A stretch of DNA of 63,337 nt, filler included, from Bigelowiella natans CCMP2755 (taxonomy: Eukaryota > Protista > Cercozoa): the NCBI GenBank assembly GCA_000320545.1. It is 6 parts of 6 records of this genome, joined end to end, with 100 filler letters (N's around TTAATTAATTAA, not from the genome) between each part and the next. Parts side by side here need not be neighbours in the genome. Positions count along the whole stretch, not along the records: positions 53,209 to 60,366 come from ADNK01003609.1; positions 60,467 to 63,337 come from ADNK01001265.1; 4 more parts are not named here. One strand, 5' to 3'. This document shows, one piece after another, positions 54,149 to 63,337 of the stretch. The number at the start of each line of letters is the position of its first letter. Position 1 is the first letter of the stretch. Made by a program: the position numbers and the translations under genes. The notes under the pieces were generated by a model that was not told the origin of the DNA, made no database searches, and saw only the letters and a list, made by a program, of their open reading frames with translations.

Positions 54149-55772
54149 CTAGCTAGCGCGCGCGTTCTTTGGCAGCCTCTCCACTGATTTCACGAACACG
54201 GCGGGGGAGAGTTTACTGCTACCCTTGCTACTGTACAGCGTCCGGAGCGTGCTGCAGAAGCCGTCCTGCGTTGCTTTGGTCAAGCAATTGCGAGTGACGT
54301 ACCAAAAGCTCACGAAGGGCGAGGTCCGGACGCCGAGAGAGGAAGCATGGTTTTGCAGCTTATTCTTCGGCCGCAGCCCCTTTGGCGTCCAGTAGACGTA
54401 TCGCTTGCGGGGCACGATGTAGACGAATTTCTTCTCGGGGAAGAAAGACTTCGCGTACACGTAGTTCGGCATCAAGAGCAAGGACGGCTTCCCGTTCCGC
54501 GCGACGAAGCGGGTGAGGCGCTCCACGTGGTCGGAGGAGTAGGGAGGATTGGTGACAATCACGTCGTGCAATGGCGGGTCCCTCTCCATCTCATAGAAGT
54601 CTTCGCACTAGATGTTAAGTTGTTGATGTTGGTCACAGAGAAGAGGAACAGTAAGCACACCGTGTTGTCACAATAATGAAGTCAACCAATGGCACTTTCT
54701 CGTGCGCCACGCGCAAAAGAGGGGAGAAGAATAACAAGCGGAAGAAACAGCCTCCCCCCCTCCCCACCGTGCAACAAAACCATCATAATGTTTGTTATCA
54801 CTGCCTCGGTATCGCTTCCTAACCTTGTTGTAAACATTTGAGAAGCCCAGCTTCCCCAGATTCCGGACCACAGCCCCGTCGCAGAAGTAAGGATCGTAGA
54901 TACGCAAGTCCTTCAACTCCTTCCCAAGCTCGCGGGCAATCAGCTTCAGAATGGGGGCAATGTGAGCGTACGCCTCGGGCGCCGTCTCGCAATGGTCGTC
55001 CGACGCCGTTGGGAAGGGATGCTCGGGGGCCTAGAAATGATGTAGCCCAGACACGAACGTGAGTAAGATTTGAAACTACTCAAAACGTGTTCTTGCTCTC
55101 TTTTTGTCTCTCTCCCGCTACCCCGTGGTCTCTTTCTCTCTCTCTCTCTCTCTTTTGCACATGCCCCCCCTCTCGACAGGAGAAGCTATGCTGCATACTA
55201 CTCCCACTCACTCGGAGCTGCGCTCGGCAAGCCTTCTGATCCCTCTCTACCAATGTCTTTCGCAGAGACTTGGGAAGTTTCGACCAGGCCGCCTTCAGGC
55301 TTTCCCAGAAGTGGGGGTGGGAGGGGTTCAGCCAGTCTGATAATGTCCCGTTGCGCGATTCGAAGTGCTCAGTTGCTTCGTCGAAAATCGCTCGGACAGA
55401 AGGATCAAGATTGCCCAGTACAGAGGAGGAAGGAACTTGCTTCTGTGCCTTCTTAGCTTCGCTCTTTGTCGCTTTGCCTTTTCTCTTGTTCCTTTTCTTC
55501 CTCTTCCGTCCGTGCTTCGAGCTGCTGGGAGGGCCCTCCGCTTCTTTCTTCCGCTCGAGCACCTTCGTTTTTTCCTCACCGCTCTTCGCAGCATTGTTCT
55601 TTCCGTTCTCATTATTCTTGTTTTTCTTCTTCTTCTTTCTCGCCATCTTCTTCTTCTTTTTCTTCAATGACGATTCCTGCGAGCCGTCTCCCATCGAGGG
55701 ACTCTTCCTCTTCTTGCCCATCTTCCTTCGGCATTGCCCACCATTTTCGAGGCTCTTTGTACTGTCCTGCAT
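54149..55772 (-). CDS. Putative N6-adenine methyltransferase (NPPY motif) with Lys-rich N-terminus; 3 exons
   Basis: In-frame phase-0 exons give DDHCETAPEAY...RIYDPYFCDG (motif I-like)...LGFSNVYNK|CEDFY...DVIVTNPPYS (motif IV)...KPSLLLMPNYV...SPFVSFWY. Confidence 0.75.
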
Positions 55773-56197
55773 CAGCTCACCCCATTATATTCCATAGAAA
55801 GGTGGTGTTATGGGAAGGGGGCGCAAGCGGGGCAGGGACGCAGCGAGATGCATGAAGGACGATCCCAACAAAATTTGGACAGAATTTAATCATGATTATA
55901 TCTAGTCAAAACTTATTTTTCCCTTCTAAATCCTCACATTTCGACATCTACAATCTCTGGAAAATCAAAAATTTTATTTAGATGTTTACAGTGTATTTTA
56001 CTGTCTGTTTGAAGCCTCTCTGGCACATACATTCCCAGCCTCCCCAAAGGGCGTTGTCCGTTGTGGTGCCAAGAGCTGTCGGGGAGGGGCGCGTGGCTTT
56101 CGGCGGGAGGAGGGTTTTTTGAAGGCATGAAATCTGTGGGACGAAGAACCTGCCTTGCACAAAGCTTGAGGGTGACAAAAGCCTTCCTCTGACTGGA

Positions 56198-57746
56198 ATG
56201 GTGGAAGAGCAGCAGCTTCCGAGCAGATGGTCGCACCCCTATTCTCCAGTGGCTATCGCTGTACTGACTCTGCTCTGCGTCCTCCTGGCACTGGTCGAGA
56301 CGAATAATGCTCATACCAACAACTTCATCTTCGTGGAGGAGGGGAGCCCCCGTAACCCCCCAGGCACCGACCGCTCACTGGCAGGGGAGGGGGGAGATGG
56401 AGCATCATTTCCCTCCGCAAAAAATGGCACTATCGGAATGAATCTGAGCCAAAATTGCCTGGTCACGATGGTGACGGGTAGCAGCCGCTACTACGCCCTC
56501 GGGGCTTTAGTCCTCGCACATTCATTCCGCAAATTCTCTCGCCTCAAGCCGCGAGCGAAGCTGGTCATCATCACCGACCTCCATACAGATCCCGCGTTGG
56601 TGCGGAATACGTCCGCCGTTGGTTTGTGGGATGAGTATGTGCAATTCCCCGACCTTCCGGGCACTGAGTCGGTCCCGGCGATGCAAAAATACCGCAATTT
56701 GCTGTTCAAGATCAACGCGTGGCGGCTTGCGGATCGATGCAAGCGCGTGCTCTGGATGGGCACCGACTCCATTCCTATCACCAACATCGACGAGGTAGGA
56801 AAGGACGTCACTTCATGCGAACAATTGACAAATGAAATGTAGGATGAAGAATACTGCTGCGATGATGCCTGCTCTATCTGTCAACCACTTGGGTAAAATG
56901 TGTGCGCGCGCGCGCGTTTGCAAACTACTCAGGTGTTCTCCCAGCTCCCCACCCTGGCCGGCGCACCCGACCCCATTCTGAACAAGTTCCACCGCCTCAG
57001 CCCGATCGTGAACGGCGACTTCCTCGTCTTCGACCCGTCCGAGAGCGACTTCGCCGGGCTAGTCGCAACCGCGCGCGCGCTCACAGTGGAGCAAATGGAG
57101 GATTGGAAGGAGGTTGGGCCTCAAGACCAAGGCGTCGTGAATCGATACTTCAACTCACGCATATTCATTCTTCCCTGGTACTACTCGGTTGAGATTCCGT
57201 TCGTCCTCTCCCACCTTGCCAAAGCAATTCCAGCTGCCAACGCCATCATGGAGCGGGGGGGAGGGGAGGACGATGGCGAGAGCGGGTCACATCTTGATCT
57301 CGCAGGCTTGGGAGCGGCGGCGCTCCAAAGCGACCCGTTCGATGTGATAGCGGCGGAACAAGTGTACCACTATAAGCAGTGGAAGACGCTTCACTTCGCT
57401 CAGATGGCGTTCAAGCCGTGGGTGCCGAAACGTGAGTACCAAATAGATGATTGTAATAATGATATTAGACGATGAGAATGATGATGATGACGACGATGAT
57501 AATGATGCTATATGAGTCCCTCCCCAACTTAAGCGAATCGAAACTCTCCCATAAATCAACCCCGCAGGAGGAAAGGTTCCGTGGGCGCACCAAAAGAACA
57601 TGAGGGTGATGCAGTATGTCTACGGGATGTGGGACGATTTGTGCGTCGAGATGCTAATCCGGTATCCTGCTGCACAGCGTTATGTGCCAATAGGCCCTGG
57701 ACATTGCCTTCCCGAGAAAGATAGAAAGCAAGACATATGGCTCTGA
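56198..57746 (+). CDS. Glycosyltransferase family 8 (glycogenin-like), type II membrane protein; 3 exons
   Basis: N-terminal TM IAVLTLLCVLLALV, then YALGALVLAHSFRK, FKINAWRL..CKRVLWMGTD, DQGVVNRYF and LHFAQMAFKPW. Confidence 0.85.
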
Positions 57747-57835
57747 CGAGGCGAGGCTTAAGTAATGCAGTCCTGCACAGCTACGTGCGCTTCTTAGGGT
57801 GCCCATTTGAAAGAATGTAATCATTTCATTATAAA

Positions 57836-57867
<32 letters not shown>

Positions 57868-58253
57868 TCATAGACTATGCCTGTAAGTAGTGTATTGTTA
57901 TGGCAGAAATTTATCGATCAGAACAGAGTTACCACTACTGAAGATGTCGTTTTGGAACAGCTACAGCTAGACAGCGCTTAACTTGACTGCTTGCTTATCT
58001 AGGCATCGCAAGCATGTGTTTCGATTCATACTTGCTGCTCGTCGCAAGCTAGCAAGCGCCTTACATGCCGTAAGCGTGTAGCACGTCCAGCAATACCCTC
58101 ATTCTGGTCATGTGCGCTCTGGCTAGCTAACCATGTCTCTTTGCTAGCTCTGAGCAGGTACGATGGGACTGAAGCCATGCCTGTGTGTATGTACATGGCT
58201 GCCAGGCACAGTTCCGCCATGCATGCATTTTGTGAGACGGATGTGATGAAGAA

Positions 58254-60366
58254 TCAAATTTTTTCAATGGTCATCCTGATGTAGCTGTGCAATGCAGCGG
58301 CTACAGCGCTAATGTTGCATCTGTTGGTTTCTGCCACAATGTGTTTCATGCATTTGAAAGCGTCCTCATGCGACCGATGTTGCCGCGCACTGCGCGCAGC
58401 AGTTCTGGATTCAATTTCAGCCTTTGTCAACCGGTTCGTGTCGTCGTTGCGATTCATGATCGCGCGCATTTGATTGCGCAATCTGATTTGTTCTCGACCA
58501 TGTGTTGGACATTGCAGGAGATGATCCATGTCCTTCAGGATGCCACATGCATCGCACGTGGCATCTTCCTCTGTGCATTGTCCACGTGACAGCATGAATT
58601 TGCCAAGATTGCCGACACCACAGATGGCGCGCATCCATGATGTAGCAACACTTGGAAGTTTCAGTTTGATGCCGGTGATCGAAGATGACGGGAGGAAACC
58701 AAGATTCTTGAGATGCACAGCGCGCAATGAATCATTGGACCATTCCTCTTCGAATTCGTTGAAAGCACAAGATTTCATCACCTTGTGATGTTTTTTCAGT
58801 TCTTTTTTCAGCGCCTCTGTTGTCGCCAAAACGGTGGGCAATTCGTCACCTAACAAGTCGTCAGTGATCGATTTGAGCCGTCGAAACAAGGATGCTTTGT
58901 TCCACGTGTGTGTGGGCACATCAATCCACGATGTGCCATCTGACACTTTTCGATTTTCAATGATGAAGCCATAACTGCTCCAATCATTTATTCCCTCATG
59001 GATTTGAGGACCGCTGCCTGTGTCGATCCATGCGTTAGTGCGTAACCATGATTTAGCACACTGCACTTTAGTTTGATGTCGGGGTGGCAACGTGCCAGTG
59101 AGGACGTGGGGGACGTCGTTGGAGATGGATCCAGGTAATCCCAATATACGTTTCAGGGTTTGGGATTCCATGGAATCCATCTGTTTTATTCGTATGTTTC
59201 TTCGTGATCTCCATATTGGAGCAGCGTATCTGCTGGATGCAAGGAACCATGATTTGCAAAATTTCAGTCTGACGTTTAGCGGTACAAGGTGTCTGGAATA
59301 ACACAACCTTAACAAAAACCTTCGCTTCTTTTGCAATCTCAGGTGAGAAGCAAGAGCATGTTTTTCAAAGGTTAATTTGTTGTCGAAGATTAGTCCGAGA
59401 CATCTGCCGCTGTCGACTCTTTTTATTTTTCCTTGGAGATTGAGAGAGATGTTCCAGGAGGTTTGGTGTCGGTGGGCTTTATTTCTTTTGTCAATTATAA
59501 GGTACCCGCTCTTGTCCCCATTGAATCGCATCCGCCATTTCATGCACCAGTCCGTCATTTGGTTTAGGTCGGCCTGGATATCATCTTGCATTTTCCCCCA
59601 TCGGTTTGGCAAAAACAATTTGTAGGGGGTAACGTCGTCACAGTATATTTGGAAATCTGTGTTGGTAATATGTTCGTAAATGTCGTAATAGGTTATGAAA
59701 AGGAAACAGCTGAGAGATGATCCTTCGGGGACGCCGCTCCCAAGGTTCATGTGCTCAGAGAGAGTATTGCCAAATCTGAATCTGGCGGTACGATCTCTGA
59801 GCCAGTCGTCGATCCACAGCAATAGCGAGCCTCGTATTCCGTATTTGTCATGTAACTTGCGTATCATGCCGGAATGCCAGGCTTTTGGATAAGCTTTAGA
59901 GGCATCTGTAAACAACAGGATGGCTGCAAGCTTTTTGTTATATACTCCATCCTCGATTGACTGCGTCATCTTTGTGAGTGCAGTTTCGCAGGATCGATTT
60001 TTCATGAATGCATACTGATGTATGCTAATGTTTTTGGGGGGTATAGCTTCGCGGAGCCGTTGTTCTATTAGTTTGTCTTCTATTTTTGAAGCTAGTTGTA
60101 GGAGAGAAATCGTTCTCCCGTTGAGAGGGGTGTTAAGTTCTTTGTTGGCCTTAGGGATGAGACAAAAAATGGCCGCCTTACGTGAGCCATCTCGGGTACC
60201 CCATCTATATGACATGTTGAATGTAGCTAACCACAGTTGATGGAGTTTCTTGCTTTTTTTCAACATGTTTAGGTGAACACCATCATCGCCAGGAGACTTG
60301 TACGGTGATGCTTTGTTGATCACGTTTCTTAGTTCATGCATAGAAAAATCTCTGTTGTATGAATTA
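58254..60366 (-). mobile_element. Non-LTR retrotransposon (LINE) ORF2: reverse transcriptase plus C-terminal CCHC knuckle; 5' truncated by gap
   Basis: KSPGDDG, RTISLL, HQYAFMKNRSC, DASKAY, GVPEGSSLS, YCDD, LGLIFDNKLTFEKH and CDACGILKDMDHLLQC in a 695-aa uninterrupted ORF. Confidence 0.95.
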
Positions 60367-60466
60367 NNNNNNNNNNNNNNNNNNNNNNNNNNNNNNNNNN
60401 NNNNNNNNNNTTAATTAATTAANNNNNNNNNNNNNNNNNNNNNNNNNNNNNNNNNNNNNNNNNNNN
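60367..60466. other. Assembly spacer
   Basis: N run with TTAATTAATTAA. Confidence 0.98.
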
Positions 60467-60523
60467 TGTCTTAGATTCCAAACAATCAAGCGGTTGCTCA
60501 TGATGCAATGCCCAAGACATTAT

Positions 60524-60557
<34 letters not shown>

Positions 60558-60558
60558 T

Positions 60559-60594
<36 letters not shown>

Positions 60595-60718
60595 TATATA
60601 TATGTATTATGTACACGAACCGCTGCTATAAGAGTTGTCGCATCAGAAAATAGGAGCAGGTCGGGATTTACAGCTCTGGGATTGTGTGAGGACGATAGTG
60701 GGGCAGCAGAGTGAGGAC

Positions 60719-60770
<52 letters not shown>

Positions 60771-60800
60771 AGGGGAGAATATAACATAATAAATAAATAA

Positions 60801-60838
<38 letters not shown>

Positions 60839-61249
60839 CACACATGTATAGGTGTCTGTGTGTGGTGTGCGCATCTAAGGATTGTATTGAAGATCATTAT
60901 CATCCATCATCATCATCGTCGCTACCATCTCGCTCCAGCCTTCTTACCACGCCTCCCCCCCCCCCCCCCTTTACCCCTTCCTCTTTTTTATTACCTAAAT
61001 CCAAGCGCGACGAGAAGCGCGAAGGACATTATCACCCCGAGCACAAACACGTTGTTTACCTATCGATCGTTGATGATGCTGATGATGCTGATGATGAGGA
61101 TGGCAATGAGGAGGAGACTGTGTATCATGTATTGCGTATCATCACCATCATACTCATCAACAATATCTTCATCATCATCGTCGTATCAAGATCATCTTCC
61201 TCGCTGCCCCAACCTGCTCAATCTGCTTCGACGTACCAACCAGCAGCCC

Positions 61250-62219
61250 CCCCCCCAGCACCGACGTGAAGAGCAGAGACCCCACCAGCCTGCTCGATCA
61301 AACAGGGTGGGAGAGTGGAGTGAGTGGGGGGGGGGGATAAAACGCACTTTTGTGCTTTGAACACTCGCACATATGTCTCCAGAAAATAAGTCACACACAG
61401 AGACCATTCTATTGAAAAGTCAAATAAAAACAAGAAACCTTCGGAAGGAGGTGGGGAGGGTGGGGGGGGGGGGGGGGAAAGGCATTGAACTGCATATTTG
61501 TACTACAACAGACCCAGTCGTTCCTAGAGCTTCCCCAATCAATGCGCCACCCTATGGATGGAGATTCAGACAAATAATACAACGCACATCATCGTACACC
61601 AATTTAGCCGCAGCAGCAGCAGCAGGAAGAAGAGAGCGTTCGTAACAAATCATGAAAGAGACCGCCACTCACACCGAATAACAGGATGACAATAATCAGA
61701 ACAACGGGGGTAAATAATACTCATAACGGACAAACGACGCCCCCCACGCATTTGCTTGTTCACCTGTGCAATGTAGGCTACGAGAAGCGCATAGTGGATA
61801 AAGGCATACGCTGAACCTGTCATGTACACAGGTGTACACAATATACACATGCATGCACAAATTAGACAGAGAATGATGGGTTCGATGTGCGTGTGTCGTC
61901 GCCCTTCACACTGCGCTCCCCCCCCCCCCCATCCCTCCATTGTAACAGAAAGAGGACAACCAGAGAGCCTAGCCCCTGCGTCTCCTGAAAGAAGAGGAGG
62001 AGGAAAAAGAAGGGGAAAAAGAAAGGGGTTGCATTGAAAGGATGAGTAAGCACACACACAAACACACACACACGCACACCTACACACATACAGACGCACG
62101 CACGCGCGCGCGTATTCACTCACAAACATAATAATGCCTGGGAGGGGGATCCGTTTTTCATCTAAACATACATATACCTTTTTTTTGAGGGGTGGGGGCA
62201 GGAGGGAGGGCATACACAA

Positions 62220-62302
<83 letters not shown>

Positions 62303-62303
62303 C

Positions 62304-62337
<34 letters not shown>

Positions 62338-62443
62338 TATCGTGCAATCCCTCACGTCTCTGCCACCAGGAGACCAGAAGAGGCCATGTATAGCCAGCAC
62401 ACGATTAGCACCTGGGAGGAAGGTTTCTTCTTTGTATACATGT

Positions 62444-62476
<33 letters not shown>

Positions 62477-63290
62477 TGTTTGTGTGTGTGTGGGTGAAGG
62501 CATTTAGTACAGAGCGAGCAGATAGCAGTGGTAGCAGCAATGATGACGTCGATATACCTTATAACCACTCATCATCATCATCATCATCATCATCATCTTA
62601 TTTATCATACTACCATCGCGGAGGATATCACATACGTTATAGAATACCATGATAATATTTACCCCTCCCCCCCTTCCCCACATGCAACGACGGCAGTTTA
62701 CTTCGGTTGATGGAAAGAACCCGGAGGGCAGTGTCACAGCTGGTAGCGCCAGGACGCCTTTGATTCATGATGATTGTGACGACGACGACGATGATGAAGA
62801 TGATAATGATGGTGGTGGTGATGATGATGATGGTGGTGATAATGATGATGGTAGTGATAATGAGGATGGCGATGATGATTATGATGGAGTGAGAAGAGCC
62901 AATTATATTATATGATATATATATATATATATATATATATATTGATGTGTGTTTGTGTGTGTGTGTGAGTAGGTGCGATCTTCTTCATGTTTACCCGCTC
63001 CTACTGTTGTTCCTGCTACGAGGGCGGAAGCGCCTGAGGGATGGCAATGGGCAAAGATGATGATGGTGATGATGATGATGAGTAGGAGGATGAGGATGAA
63101 TAAACAAGACATATAGACTGCAGGGTCTACAATCGTAAGGATGCCGTAGGATATCCACAGAGAGTCTTAGAATGACTTCCCCTTCAAAGCAGAGCAGCAG
63201 AGCACCACACCAACACGCACCTACAACGTTCCCTGGAGAGTGCAATAGACGAGGCGATTTTCCGCTCTCCACAGCGGCTAGGTTCGACCT
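61250..63290 (-). CDS. Tyrosine/tryptophan permease (TyrP-like) aromatic amino-acid transporter, internal exons
   Basis: GASALVAGTTVGAG|VLALPAVTLPSGFFPST, VLIVCWLYMASSGLLVAE and AYAFIHYALLVAYIAQ. Confidence 0.8.
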
Positions 63291-63337
63291 AGGGAGCAGG
63301 TCGGAATTTATGTGTGTGTGGTGGGGGGGGGGGGGTA

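Noticed and set aside
60652-63310. Similar 19-mers (ggagcaggtcgg.attta) at about 60653 and 63293
   Set aside because: Too short and only two copies; cannot be separated from chance without a genome-wide search.

Overview
Eukaryotic, gene-dense, intron-rich DNA packed with microsatellites. It is most consistent with an alga carrying a secondary plastid, possibly a chlorarachniophyte (inference from signal-plus-transit presequences and gene content). Five 100-nt N-TTAATTAATTAA-N spacers split the window into six contigs that need not be adjacent. Recognisable genes: PAP/fibrillin, a Zn(II)2Cys6 factor, an NHL-repeat protein, a TGY-type MAPK, a Hub1/UBL5 fused to a long RS/RD domain, NAA25, an SCI1-like protein, an RCC2-like fragment, an internally truncated TRM1, a C2H2 zinc-finger protein, a CAP-LIM fusion, a JmjC protein, a SET methyltransferase, an NPPY-type N6-adenine methyltransferase-like protein, a GT8 glycosyltransferase, a LINE reverse transcriptase and a TyrP-like permease. 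The strongest unexplained signal is a set of intergenic or transposon 'islands' where TpA is almost absent except inside CTAG, while CpG is kept. The same signature covers the 3' third of the LINE ORF, which has no Tyr for 229 residues and reads CPTH where CPxY is typical. This points to a locus-targeted TpA-to-TpG/CpA (A:T to G:C) hypermutation process, opposite in direction to fungal RIP. All counts were made by eye and should be recomputed.
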